From NCBI GenBank assembly GCA_032718475.1, contig JAUCBJ010007546.1, positions 1-40,260 of the forward strand: a stretch of 40,260 bases of DNA, given 5' to 3'. The DNA is from Nemertoderma westbladi (Eukaryota > Animalia > Xenacoelomorpha). The position numbers were made by a program, and so were the translations under genes. The notes under the pieces are model-generated. The model was not told where the DNA came from, did no database searches, and worked only from the letters and a program-made list of their open reading frames with translations. Shown in pieces: positions 12,876 through 26,300 of the stretch; the first letter of the stretch is position 1; the number at the start of each line of letters is the position of its first letter.

Positions 12876-13430
12876 TCACCACAATTCAAACATTTCTGTG
12901 GCGACCCCTCTCGCCCTTTCACTCACCAGTTCCCCCTGCCCAAATCGGACTAGGTAGTGAAAATGTTTGTTACACTCACCGAGTCTACGGTTCAACTTGG
13001 GCTTGTCTACCTTTCCTCCTGTCTTAGCATCTTCGAGCATCCTCCTCATGGCATTGTATCCGCGTCGTAGGCGATCGCTCATCCCGACATCCTCCTCCTG
13101 AACTCCTTGGCCTCCTCTCCTTGTCTGGTGTGGTACCATCAGCCCCACCATTGCCGTTCTGGTGGGCCGCTCACCGCCTGTAGCCACTGGTTGGATGGCA
13201 ACTCCGGTACTCCTCTCGCTGCTCCCATCCCATTCCGACTCGCATCCCTCCTCTCCTTGTACCCGTCCAGCGTCCACCCGCTTCCTCGACAACCGAACCG
13301 TCTCTCCTCGGCGAATCCGGAGTGGCGGGCTGGTACCGCCTCGTCGCTGCCTCCCAAATCGTCGCATCTCTCATCAAATTGAAGGTGGGCTCTCCCCCTT
13401 CTCCGAACCCAGGGGCGTTCGTTCACTCAT
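12876..13430 (-). pseudogene. Probable N-terminal gag fragment of an LTR retroelement
   Basis: GC-rich frameshifted coding-like segment directly downstream (minus strand) of the LTR-like copy at 13487; no diagnostic motif. Confidence 0.4.
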
Positions 13431-13486
13431 CGCTCTTTGTTGGCGTGTCATCACAGCTAATCTTGTTGTTGGTGTAGGTTTTTAAC

Positions 13487-13666
13487 TGTGACGGGATCTG
13501 AGTTGGCGAAGACCCCAACTGGTGTGTGTGTGTGTTTGAGTCTTATGGATATAGGCGTTGTCGCGTCTGCTTGGCTTTTGAAAAGCTGTTTTAATTCTGA
13601 GAAGGATGAAGGCCGAATAAATAATTAAAAATAAATGTTTTATGGTTACAGTTGTTCGTAATGTCA
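13487..13666 (-). mobile_element. Partial LTR, diverged copy of 18332-18527
   Basis: tgtgac(g/a)ggatctgagttggcgaaga ... gttacagttgttcgtaatgtca shared with 18332-18488. Confidence 0.7.
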
Positions 13667-14089
13667 GATAATTAATATAGCACAATCTGATATAATAATA
13701 GCACGGTCAACTACGACAGTTAAAAACCGTGTGAATTCTACACTCAATTCTAGGCAACTGAGCCACAGTCAATATAGGTAACGGTTATATTATAATTACA
13801 CAGGATATATTTCTAGCTACTTTGGCCTAGCCAAAGAATGCGGATTTCATTGATGGTAATTCGCCCCACCATTGGTTGATCTACTTTCTCTGGGCCAAAC
13901 CCTTCTTTCCCCTTTGGCCTTTATGCTAGCTTCTGCCCTGACTGACTGGCCCTCTGGCTGGCAATGTATATTGCCCCGCTGTGTTGGTATGGGTTATTAT
14001 ATTGCTAATATCGCATACACACACAATCATGATTCGTAAATCGACTTTCCCCATTTTCGATGCAACGAATTGGATCCGCTAACAAAAAC

Positions 14090-14563
14090 ATTAAAATAAA
14101 AAAAAGTACCACTCAATGTCAATCCGTATTGTCAATTACTAATATAAACAATGATTTTCATGGGATTTAGTTTGTGTCGATGCATTCGATGTATTCCTCT
14201 AAATCTAATAGTTCTAACTAACTAATATAACATTTAGGTAACAAGATAATCACACATTTATATTTCAGATGACCCAAAATGTACAGACTCGAATCCTGAC
14301 TGTGCTTATTGGGCCCATGTCGGTGAATGTGGCAAAAACCCAGGATGGATGTCTCGAAACTGCAAGAAATCATGTGGAAAATGTAATGGTGAGTATCATA
14401 ATTTTTGGTAATAATTTTCATAATTCTGGTCTGTCAAATATAGTCCCAATGCCTGTAGCAAAACAACACCCCTTTCTAACCAAAAAACAATTTCGTTAAC
14501 ATTACAGTAATAATTGGGTATAGGCTCTTAGAGGATGGTGTATTTGATTCGAGGTTAATAATA
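14090..14563. repeat. Exon-plus-intron duplication unit, copy 1 (copy 2 at about 17726-18202)
   Basis: Near-identical flanks around ShKT exons 1 and 3. Confidence 0.9.
14269..14388 (+). CDS. Host exon encoding one ShKT (ShK toxin-like) domain
   Basis: tttcag|...|gtgagt, 120 nt, phase 1-1; (D)DPKCTDSNPDCAYWAHVGECGKNPGWMSRNCKKSCGKCN has the six-Cys ShKT pattern. Confidence 0.92.
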
Positions 14564-14625
14564 ATAAATTAAATCAGGGTAAAGTTTATACTATTGATGG
14601 GAGAATCTTTAAGGCTCGTTAGGCT

Positions 14626-15012
14626 AAAGAATGCCTGTTCGCCACCATGTGTGATCTTCCACAGTAAACCCTTACACTCTGTTTCCTACATAAAGGAATG
14701 CCTGTTCACCACCACCATGGGTGATCTTCCACAGTAAATCCTTCCACTCTGTTTCCTAAAGGAATACTTGTTCACCATCATGGGTGATCATCCACAGTAA
14801 ACCCTTCCACTCTGTTTCTAAAAGGAATGCCTGTTCACCACCATAGGTGATCTTCCGCAGTAAATCCTCCCACTCTGTTTCCTAAAGGAATGCCTGTTCC
14901 CCACCAAGAGTGATCTTCCACAGTAAACCCTTCCACTCTGATTCCTAAAGGAATACTTGTTCACCACAATGGGTGATCTTCCACAGTAAACACTTTCACT
15001 CTGTTTCTAAAA
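14626..15012. repeat. Minisatellite, about 6 x 63 bp, intronic
   Basis: Unit aaaggaatgcctgttcaccaccatgggtgatcttccacagtaaacccttccactctgtttcct. Confidence 0.92.
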
Positions 15013-17238
15013 GTCTGGGTCTAAAGGTCTGGTACATCAAATACACAGCCAGAAAACTGTAAATTAAAATTATTTAGTATTATAATTATACCAATTCTAT
15101 TAATTATACGAATCATATGTGATTGAAATACAGTGTGTCTAACAAGCAGTTGGAATAAATTATTGAAGTTGGAAGTATTTCTTACAGATTTTTTAGAGAA
15201 ATATATCAACATTGTATTATTATATTATTATTATTATGGGGTCAGTTCCGCCCGTGGCAACATTTTTGGATTTTTAACTGTACTTTTATACTTTTACAAC
15301 TGTAGTTTTATAAACCCACATTATCCCCATAACCCTAAAGTGAAGTATTTCTTAAATATGGATATCACCTTTTGTTTCTATGGAAACGTGCGTCACAGCT
15401 CCAATACAACTACTTACTTACATGGTCAGTTGCCTTTCGCAGGCCTAGACCCCCGTAGCGTTTGGAAGGCATGCCTTGTTTTATGATCAGTCGGAGAGCG
15501 AACCTCTAACCAGGTCAGACAAGGAGTCACGCATGATGAGGTCGGATTCAAAGGAATACTGCACTACCAGAGATGGAGGCCAACAGCGCAGGGTGAAGAC
15601 GACCTTGGGGCAAGCAGGAGCGGAGGAGGGCAGTTTCTATCTGTGAGTCCTGCAGGTCTGGCAGGCATGCAATTATGGCACGGACCTTTATTGATCCGTC
15701 CCATAACAGTATAAGGATCAGCATCAGTATATCGGAACAGCAGTATTTTGCACAGTACTTTTGTGCACAATGTACTTCTTGATACAATAGTCGATAACTT
15801 GATAGGCCTAGTCTATGTAGTATATGTACATTGCACTTGTAGGCCCACTCTAGACTGACAGAACATCCCGGTATACATCATCTGATAAACAGCTACCGGA
15901 ACCTATCTTAACAACAGTAACTTTTTTCCAGTTAGTTTATATCAATAAGTCGATGACCTGCTTATCCATACTGTAGCTGAATAGCCTAACTAACTGCAGT
16001 AGCTTCTGAACAATCCTATGGGGTCCTATATAATTTATGTAAGAACCTATGAAGTTTGTGTTATAAAGTATAGAAAAGGCGGAGAAAGCCTTTCCAAAAA
16101 ATTTAGAAAAAAATGTGCTCTAATGCCCAACGCACCTTAAATGGAACATAGCTGTAACTTCTGAACAAACACTTTTTTTGCAAAAGTGTAAAAGTAAAGT
16201 TTTTTTTATTGGACCATTTTGAGTTAGTTTCCAAAATATGAAACATTTTTGACATGGGGAAGTAGGGGTGAGCATTAAACGGATAATTTCGAATATAGGT
16301 ACCTAAGATGCTATTCTACATGACAGGTCGGAAACATTTTATTTTTGGCTATTTAATATTAGTTAATAATAGTTATTTAATATTAGTTAATAATAGTTAA
16401 CAATAAAAAAAAGGTTGCGCTTAAAACCCTAAGGCTTTTACAGTTTTGAATCTAATCACATGAAAGTTTTTTATATGATAGATCAAGGAAGGGCAACATA
16501 CAGTATCTGTCAGACAAATTTTGGGACAATGATCCTGCACCGCTAGGTGGCGTTGCAAATTAATGCAAATTTTCAAAAAGTTGTGTGGTACTTTTATGCA
16601 GAGTTGTTATAGAAAGGCACACACAGACATTTTCAGACTAATTGGTCAAAGATTGTAGAAGTAGAAGGGTTTTGAAGTTGAACTTTCACAATAGACCTAT
16701 TGTTAGCTATTAACTATCATCTATAGCTATTAAATAGCGGTTTTCTGATTTGGAAACACCATTTATTCATGCATTATAATTAATCCTAAAATTAATTTTG
16801 TAATATTTTTGACAAACAAGGTGTAGGCCGACCCACCTACCCCCCCTCCCCTCCCCCTTAAAGATATATTTTTGGACATTTAAAATTTGATCTTTTGGTT
16901 GGTTGGATGGACATTTTTATTTTTTTAATATTTTTTTGGTTGGTCTTAAATTTCAAGATATTTTCATATTTTTCAGGAATGTTTATCTGTTCAAATATTT
17001 CGCCAGAAGGTCACAAAAAGGGTACTTTGCACCATCGCAGGCTGCTGAGTTCGTTCGGAGACCTTACATACCTTGTTCGTAGCCCCTGACACAAAGATTG
17101 CACTCGTCCTAAATACCCTAGCAACAGTCTCTCTCTCCCCTTATGTAGAAAGCAGTTAAAAACTTATATTTCACTCGCTTGGGCTTCTTGGTGTAAATAT
17201 TAATACTCGAGATGATGCCTTCACATTGTTTATTACAG

Positions 17239-17358
17239 ATAAACCACAGTGTACGGACTCCAATTCCGGTTGTAGTTATTGGGCACGTGTTGGTGAATGT
17301 GATAAAAATCCAAGTTGGATGTTTAGGAACTGCAAGAAATCATGTGGAAAATGTATTG
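17239..17358 (+). CDS. Host exon encoding a ShKT domain (second, more diverged)
   Basis: ttacag|...|gttagt, 120 nt; (D)KPQCTDSNSGCSYWARVGECDKNPSWMFRNCKKSCGKCI. Confidence 0.92.
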
Positions 17359-17604
17359 GTTAGTATCTGAATATTATTGATTATATTCATTTATTATTTA
17401 GTTATATGTATCATAAACTAAATATGAAGTAAACAGTGTTTAGCCTACATCACATAGGTAGCATATGTTGCTGTATCTGTAATTTTATTTTAGATTACAC
17501 TTTATCAATTAATTAATTAACTAAAAATAACATATCATTTGTATAGATAGGTTACTTATGTGTAGGTAGAATCCTTATGAATTGACCTGATTTTAAGATA
17601 CCTC

Positions 17605-17690
17605 AGTAGCTGTTATTGTTTGAGGCGTGATATATTTAATTGAGACGCCAGCTAGTGTAATATAGTAAGCAAAGCAATAGTATATTAGTA
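17605..17690. repeat. Intronic direct repeat (copy at about 18223-18305)
   Basis: agtagctgttattgtttgaggcgtgatatatttaattgagacgccagctagtgtaatatagtaag occurs twice. Confidence 0.85.
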
Positions 17691-17906
17691 GTAATAAAAA
17701 TGAAATAATATAAAATAAAAAAAAATTAAAATAAAAAAAGTACCACTAATGTCAATCCGTATTGTCAATTACTAATATTTTCATGGGATTTAGTTTGTGT
17801 CGATGCACTCTGAGGCTTGAAACAAGGTGTATTCCTCTAAATCTAATAGTTCTAACTAACTAATAGAACATTTAGGTAACAAGATAATCACACATTTATA
17901 TTTCAG

Positions 17907-18026
17907 ATGACCCAAAATGTACAGACTCGAATCCTGACTGTGCTTATTGGGCCCATGTCGGTGAATGTGACAAAAACCCAGGATGGATGTCTCGAAACTG
18001 CAAGTATTCATGTGGAAAATGTCATG
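17907..18026 (+). CDS. Host exon encoding a ShKT domain (third, near-identical to the first)
   Basis: tttcag|...|gttagt, 120 nt; (D)DPKCTDSNPDCAYWAHVGECDKNPGWMSRNCKYSCGKCH. Confidence 0.92.
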
Positions 18027-18331
18027 GTTAGTATCAGAATATTGGTAATAATTTTCATAATTTTGGTCTGTCAAATATAGTCCTAATGCCTGCAGCAAAA
18101 CAATACCCCTTTTCTAACCAAAAAACAACTTCATTAACATTACAGTAATCTTTGGGTATAGTCTCTTAGAGGATGGTGTATTTGATTCGAGGTTAATAAT
18201 AATAGTACTTTAACATACCAGAGTAGCTGTTATTGTTTGAGGCGTGATATATTTAATTGAGACGCCAGCTAGTGTAATATAGTAAGAAAAGCAATAGTAT
18301 ATTAGGAGAAATAAATATGAATGAAAAAAAA

Positions 18332-18527
18332 TGTGACAGGATCTGAGTTGGCGAAGATCCCACTGGTGTGTGTTTAAGTCTTATGCATATACGCGTCGCC
18401 GCGTCTGCTTGGCTGCTGAAAGGCTGTTGTAATTCTGAGAAGCCGAATAAATAACTGAGTTTTATTGTTACAGTTGTTCGTAATGTCACTGGAGCTCGAA
18501 ATGCCCCCTGAATTTGCACTTGCTACA
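18332..18527 (-). mobile_element. LTR (TG...CA, 196 bp) at the 3' end of the BEL/Pao relic
   Basis: tgtgac...gctaca termini; adjacent to integrase C-terminal remnant; homologue at 13487. Confidence 0.65.
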
Positions 18528-18528
18528 A

Positions 18529-21500
18529 CTATGGTGCAGCCTCAGGCACGCGCCTCGTGGGCCTCCTGGGTCTATGGAGCCATTGATTCGTGACCATTTC
18601 CACCTTATTGTCCCTACCCATGTCGATGTCGGATAGGCAACAATTTCCTACCGCCCTCCAGTAGGTCTTCCTATCCTCCGCCCCAATCTTTCGTCCAATT
18701 CTAACCTCCACGGATCTAATCTTTCCATCCTCACCAGGGTAGCATTCAGTAGTAGAATGCCCCCCGCTGTCATAGAAATCTTCATCTTGGAGACTAACCA
18801 TTTCTTCTTTTTCTTCTTTGGTTGTCTTTTCATCAGTAGGTTTCATATCTACATCTACTGACCCCCCCCCCCCCCCCTATTCTCCTGTCTCAGGTCCGAC
18901 CTGCCCATTATCTCACAGAATTCGTCATCGTCTTTTGGTGGCAGAATGTCACTCTTCATCTTGTCATCACTTAGGCGGCAGAATGCCACCCTTCATCTTA
19001 TCGTCACTGGTAAATTCCACCTCTGCTGGCCTCCCCCTCAATATGTGCACCGGCGTTAAAGCCCCCCAATGAACCTTGGTCATCATTCGGTATGCAAAAT
19101 CTTAAACATTTAATGCCCCCTCGCACTCTGCCAGCAACGTATTCAACATGTCTCTGATAACTTTCCCGTCTCCATCACCATTGATCATCGGGTCCTCTCC
19201 CTTTGGATCAACCTTTTTATGTTTCTTCCTCTTCCTCCTTTTCTTCTTGTTCGATCCCCCTAGTATCGATATAATCCTTAATTGGATCAGCGTCTCTTCT
19301 GGACATCTCTCTGGATATCTCGCCGTCCGCTTATCCCCATCTTTGCACCGATACTCACCAGGGACGTCTGTGTTCCATCCCATCACTTCCAGGTCCTGTG
19401 CATTGAACCCATTCTCCTCTGCCCACTCTTTTGGTGTTGCGTCTCGTCCTGTTTCCTCTATTGATGGTATTTTTTGGACTTGTCCTCCACCCTTTCCACT
19501 ATGGGTGGTTCCAGATCCATACCCGCCCCCGTCTTTGACTTCCATTCTATGTCCTCAATGGTACCAGACAGCATACATCCAGATGTTCCGGGTGTGTGAA
19601 ATGGAATGCTGGACTTAATAGGCCCAGTGAGCGTCCATCCAAATGGCATAAGGATCGCAACTGGGTCTCGCTCCTTATCTTTCCCAAATATTGTCTCTAG
19701 CCTCTCATGGTCTAGGTTGGGCGGGCAATCCTTCCCGACTATCAGAGACACGTTCAGCACGTCGAGGTCTGGTGTCGACAGGTCAATCGAGTCCAGGTGC
19801 CGATATTGCTCAACTTCGATCTTTGTTGGCCGCCTGGCATTGATGTTTATACATATGTATAAACATGTTTATTATACATATTGAGTAATACATATAGGGT
19901 CTATAGTTGCTCCTTAGTTGGAATTGGGAGTTACAGCCCCTATCCGACACCTTCCTGTTCTCATCAGAAGAATTTCAACCTTGGTGGATATGGTTGTGAC
20001 CGCCATCTTACTTGACCTTGTTTTTAATTATAGCCTATCTGCTACCCAGCTTTCCGTCAACGTGAATGCTGCCCCACTGTCGATCAACATCAGTGTAGTT
20101 ACTGATTGCCCATTATCTCCCATTATCCTTACTGGCACCACTCCCAGTAACACCGTTCCTTGCTTCTTCAATTTCCCAGTACTTGTCGCCATTGTTTGGC
20201 CTATAGTCTCATTGGTCTCAGCATATTTCGGTGGATGTTCTCGACACCTTCCTTCCTATGTCCTCCCACCGCACATCTGTGGCATAATCCAAATCTCCCT
20301 GTATAGGCTAATCGATCTTCTTTCAGCAATGCCTGCCACTGGTTGCAGTCTATGGTCTTAAGCATACCATTTCTATGCAGCTGACACCTGTAGTTTGGAT
20401 TATAACGCTCTCTGTATAGCGTCTCGCGTATTTCGTCCAGGTCCGACTCGGATGGTTTATTGTTTTGGTTGCATATACATGCATCAGGGGTTTGTTCCTT
20501 CTATAGCTACTATAGTTGTTCTGTGGACTTGTAGTTCCCATGTGCATGGTTGCATATGGCAACGATTGCCTCACCCTCGGAAGTGTGTCTGCAGCACTGT
20601 GTTCCGGTTTAGGTCGGGTGTGATCCGGTTTCGACACCTTACCAAAACTCTCCTCGCTGTACACTGGATCCGTTATTGACTGCGCTTCGTAGTTAAGGAA
20701 GTTCGACATCTCTTCCAACCCCGGCTCCGCACCCTTCTTTTCCCGAGTAGAGAAAGCGATCTTTTTCCATTTATTCCTTAACCATATCGGTAGAGCCTGC
20801 GCTATGGTCGTGATGTTATTTGAAGCATTAAGTTCGTATGGTGCTTCTATTGTCTTTAAAACTATCAATGCTTTATCTACTTTGTTGGCAAAGGCTTTGA
20901 TACTAACAGAGTTATCCGCGAGTCTGCCTGATGTTATTTCCCTTAAGGTTTGTCGGATAATCTTCGCCGGATGGCCAGATTCCCTGTCCAGGGCTCTCCA
21001 TGCCGTAGTAAATCCTCCTGCAATTCCCTGATATTGCCTCACAATATCATTGGCTGGCCCCCCTCTATAGACTTGTAGGTATTTAAAGCACTCCGCCTGT
21101 GTGAGATTCTTCATGAGAATCTTGTTACTTACTATACATCCTCTGGAATTGTAGATATAATACAAAATAGGTCGAACGCAAAGAGGCTTATAATGAAGAC
21201 GAGTACTGCATTGATTATATTCCTATAAACCACCTGGCTTTGCATATTGAACGTGCGATTGGAAATAAGTTCGTGCTACCCTTCCGTGGGTGGTAGATGT
21301 CGCGGTTATGTATTGGTGGGTGGGAAGGGAGGGGGGGGGGGGGGGTTGCAGATTAAAAGGGGTGAACACGTACTGTCCCCCTTTCTTTGATTAATTGGTG
21401 GTGTGGGTTAATCTCTCATAACCTGATTTTGTGATACAGTCGCACAATTTTAATTTGTATCTCATAACTGGGCCTCGTGCTGCGCGAAGGCCCCACGAAC

Positions 21501-21620
21501 GTGTTATATCCCTCCATATTATAGTCATACTGATGTGCAGGTACCGGTATAGGACTAGCAGGTTCCTGCCTACTCACTGGTATGTAAGCCGCGACCTCCA
21601 GTTCCAATCCCGGCATTTGC
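18529..21620 (-). pseudogene. Degraded, internally deleted BEL/Pao gag-pol (gag, protease, integrase end; RT/RNaseH absent)
   Basis: DUF1759-like gag 20350-21165; LIDSGA protease motif at 20073-20081; PFGWTLTGP; LNTLLAECEGALN and LTPVHIL (integrase end); PGEDGKIRSVEV (DUF5641-like). Confidence 0.82.
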
Positions 21621-21649
21621 GTTACCCTATCACCTACACTACACTACAC

Positions 21650-22464
21650 CATCTGCGACCAGGGGACTCGAAACACCTACACATCCGTCACGTGGATTAC
21701 TCGCGCGAACGATTAAAACGCACCTACAAGGGAACCGAGGTTTCCCTGCGCTTAAACATAAATCGTACCAGAACGCTCCGATGGGTAATCGTACTCCGCT
21801 CCAACATAACCATCCGGCACCAACCGGAGGGCTTCCCAACCCGAGGCCCGCTGGAGCTTATCCAAGAGCTCCACTCGAACGCCGTGCTCCGTCGCCGTCT
21901 GCCCCCCACTCCGACCCCCAGTGGCAGCTAGATGGAGGATATCCCGTTGCCCCACGCAGCAGTCAGTCGCCACCCGGAGTGTATTGTAACACTCTATGGC
22001 GGCCAACCGGAGCATATCCACAATGTAACACTCCAACACCTACAGCTCCTTACTCCCAGTGCGCCCAGTCGTTGCCCACCTCGTACTCCGACGCAATATT
22101 CCCGCTTACTGGAGCATATGCGGCTCCACCACAGCGGAATGTACCGGCACCTGGAGGCTACGGCGGTTTCATCGATCCACTTAACCGCACCACTTTATTA
22201 CCTTCTCCCACTCCTTATGACGTGGAATATCCACCAATTTCCCCAATCATCCAGACAAACATCCCAAGGGCAACCCAACCATACCTCGCTCCGCTAAACA
22301 GCAAAGCATCGACCACGCCTAACAGGGAAATAATGATGTCCGCTGCACTTAACCTTCTTAATCAATCACTGCCTTGGGCAACAATAAATGTTTTACATAA
22401 AATATGCCGCTATACTAGCAACAATTTTCTACTTGAGAACTATATCCTCGGTCTACATAATTAA
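21650..22464 (+). pseudogene. Probable LINE ORF1 C-terminus (SGNH esterase-like end plus Pro-rich tail)
   Basis: GDSKHLH / GLLARTIKTHL across a frameshift resembles the DxxH..G..LA esterase end; lies upstream of an APE-RT ORF2. Confidence 0.4.
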
Positions 22465-23269
22465 TGAATTTATTCATTACACCAACTACACAATCACAAT
22501 ATTCATACTATATTTAGCAATAATTATATTGCGTATATATAAATCAAATTTATATATTTTTTTATTACCAAAACTATATACCATGTTTCTGTGTATGTAT
22601 ATAATTATATCGGTAACGTGCAGGAGAGCAGTCCGTTTGGTTTGGTCATTGACACCGGTAATTTTGATCTGGTTTGTGATGAGCGTCAGCGACCGTATTG
22701 TATCGTATACTAATAATTATGTTAGAGTACGAGTACACTATATTACTACATATTATCTGTTGCAAATATTATATATGCAAATATATGGCACTACAGGACT
22801 GGTTAATTGGTTTACATATAATATATATATATCATTTACATATTTTTGTAACAGAGAGCAATGTGGGGTTACTGACAACAATAGTAGTTATGCCAGACGC
22901 AAAATTAACAGAATCCCATATTCAAACAAAACGATAAAACAACGATATTTTCTCACTCTAGCGACATCGTTTTCCTTACTTTTAACAATTACAATTTTTT
23001 CAAAATCCGTGATAAATTCTGCTGCTGCTGACTGTGTAGCTATAGTAGCGCTAACATCAAAAATGACAATTATTGCATATTCTCTAACAAGAGCTATCGC
23101 TTGCCGGTATGGCAATCTGAATGTAAAACATATCGCAGCTATAATAGTTAAACTTACCGTAGCAACTTTAATTTGGCAACCTGAAATATTATTTAACAAT
23201 CAGCACACTTTTACCAAGGTAACCAACAAACAAATAAATATTATGAAAACTACCGCCAACTACATGCAA

Positions 23270-25218
23270 TTGACAATAATTAATTAACATAAATAGCTCA
23301 AGTCTTATCAAGCATTTTTCTGAGTTAAAGGACATATTACACGGCATAGACAACAATATCATAATTGGCATTTCGGAATCGTGGCTAAAATCAAATGTAT
23401 CAACAAAATCTATAAGATTACCAGGCTTCACACCATATAGGGACGACAGAAAAAGACAAAAGGGGGGTGGAACTGTACTTTATATTCCTAATAATATGCA
23501 GCAAAATATAAGGCATGACATTAAATCAAAACATAATAAAAACTATTACGAATCTATATGGGTTGAAATAAATAAGGAAACAATAGTGGGTGTTGCATAT
23601 AATCGTTCAAGGAAAACTGCACAAAACTTTCTTACACACTTTACAGATGAAATCGAAAATGCAATTCATAACGCTAACCGCAAAATAGTCATAATGGTCG
23701 ACTTCAACATTGACCTTAACCAAAACTGTACTGATCACGATCCTAACACAAATAAGCTGGAGGAAATAACAAAACTATATAACCTCGAAATACTAGACAG
23801 GACAAAACCAACACGTTACAGTAAAACAACTAACACCGTAATTGATATTTTCATTACAACACCAAATTACCTTCACGATCATCAGGCACTGCCATGCGAC
23901 TTCTCAGACCATGAATATATAATTGCAAAAACAGACAAAATCGTAAGCCCCGTAAAGAAACAGAATCAGTACCATTACATCCGTGATTACAGTACATTTA
24001 ATGATAACAACTTCACTCAGGATATTAACAAAATTAGCTGGGACTACATATACACTCACAAACTGACATCAATTCAAAATATCAATACTTTGAAACGCAG
24101 ATTGAAACAGTTATTAACAAACACGCTCCACTGCAATATAAACGTATATCAAATAATAAGAGCAAAAACAAAATAACAAATAAACCACCTTGGTGTAATG
24201 ACTATTTGCAACATTTACATGACATAAAGAACACAACATTACAATTGTGGCGCCAGAACAAAAATATAGAAGCACACAAAGAATCTAAAATAGCAAGAAA
24301 TAAATTTAACGCCTACAACCGGCAAATGAAAAATAAATATATTAAAAATAAATTTAACAATAGCTGTACAAGTAGAGACAAATGGAAAGTTATAAACAGA
24401 ATACTTAACAAGGACAAGAAAACATGTACAATAACAGCGCTTAATGACATTAGCAATACTACAACTAATTCAAAACGCATGGCGACTATTTTTAACACAA
24501 CCTATTTTGCAATGGGGACCTTCACAGGAATCCCTAACTTAGCAAATAACATTAATATATGCCATGCTTTAGTTTCTCGAATATTCATGAATTCTTGATA
24601 GATGATATCATAGATGGACTTAACATTAACAAATCAGCTGGCCCCTCACCAATCACACCGAAACTGCTGAAGCTAATATTACCTAAAATAATTGCCCCAC
24701 TAACTTACCTCATAAATGAATGTATAACCAGATCTACATTTCCAACTAAATTGAAAATAGCAGAGGTAACTCCAGTTTTCAAAAAAGGGGACCGACTACA
24801 GCCAGAAAACTATAGACCCATATCAATATCATCGGCACTTGAGAAAATATTCGAAAAGGTTTTATACATTCAAATAACACACTATCTGGACAAACACAAG
24901 CTAATAAATAAAACTCAATTTGGATTTAGGAAATCTTACTCCACTAGGGATGCTATACTATATGCGACAGAATCTTGGCGCAATTACTTAAATACTGGTG
25001 AATATGTAGCTATTGGAGCCCTAGACCTTAGCAAAGCATTCAATTCATTGAACCACACAATATTATTACAAAAATTAGGCGAGTTTGGATTCCACAACAC
25101 TGCTATCTCTATGCTGCGCACTTTTTTAGTAAACAGATATCAAAGAGTGAAACTCAACGGAACCACTTCTGAGTGGAAACTAATCAATCACGGAATTCCA
25201 CAGGGAACACTACTTGGT
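23270..25218 (+). pseudogene. Second LINE ORF2 (APE + N-terminal RT), frameshifted and truncated before the YADD motif
   Basis: GISESWL, RDDR..KGGG, DFN, SDH; NYRPISI, QFGFRK, LDLSKAF, GIPQGTLLG, then abrupt loss of homology. Confidence 0.88.
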
Positions 25219-26300
25219 ACTTGGAACAATTCTCGGTAGAAAATATAATTTTAATAAAGTGAAAAAACATATATTAGAAAAAACAAACATTAATTTGATT
25301 TTTAAATCAATCAATTTGTGTACTTATATTTTTAGTATCGATACTGTAATTTATAGGTTACTTATAAACAATATCGGGTTTTATGTTATATTTGATAATG
25401 TTAAACTAGAAATTTCATACGACCCTGAAATATTCAATAACTGTAAAGTCAGAATAAATAATATTGTTGTTGTTTGCTGTTTCTACACTGGTAAATGTAC
25501 ATTAATGTGTTCCCCGTTTAAATTTCATATATATTATCCTATATTCATCAAACTGGTTAATAATTTATTATTGTTTGGTGTGGGGGTTTATGATGTAAAA
25601 TATAATTAGTGTGAGTGAAATTTATTGTTGTTGCTGTTTGGTGGTGGAGATTTTTACTGTAAAATATATATATATATATTAAATTGGAGGGAGAAGAAAT
25701 TTATGAAAATTTTTTTTTAAATCAACAACTAGTTTGATGGGAAATTAACTAACTAACTTCAGTAGAGCGATTGCCTGTAACACTCAAGTAGGCATAGTAT
25801 ACTCAGCAGCCGTAGCTAGCTAGCTAGCTAACTAAGCATTGTTGCTCACGGGTGAGCTACAATAGCGCATCTGTTACTTATGAGTGTGCGAGTGTACAGC
25901 AGGCAACGCTAAGCTCAGTGAGAAAAAAATTAGGGGTATGTGCTGGTATTCATAGTCAAAGACGACGCCATCCTATCTGTTACTAGTCTGTATACAGGCA
26001 CATATTATTATTAAAACATCCGCTATACATCTCCCTGCATTCAGAATAGAACAATGAACAGAGCATATATCGCTAATCCGCATGGGAAAGGTTTATGTTC
26101 TACATTTTGTTAACTATGTGAATTTTGTAATGTAAACATCTGCGACCCACTACAAAAATATATATAAACTCAATTTTCAAACAATGACCTATAATTTTGT
26201 TAACCAAAATAAGAAAAAAAATAAAAATACCGGTATACTGTATCCACCCTGTCTGTTACCCTTAGACTATATATATAAACTAACCTGAGACAGCAAGAAG

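Noticed and set aside
14626-15012. CRISPR-like array
   Set aside because: Whole units repeat with no unique spacers, no cas genes, eukaryotic context
15480-15560. Hammerhead ribozyme core (tgatgag)
   Set aside because: No CUGAUGA with matching GAAA and flanking stems found
16080-17160. Possible MITE/SINE fragments
   Set aside because: Repeat-like texture, but no TIR pair, TSD or A/B boxes could be defined by eye
22388-23287. 299-aa hydrophobic ORF as a membrane or env protein
   Set aside because: AT-rich low-complexity region between LINE ORF1 and APE; no motif; may be a LINE leader or a chance ORF
25214-25609. 131-aa ORF
   Set aside because: No ATG start, extremely AT-rich, spans the LINE break point, no motif
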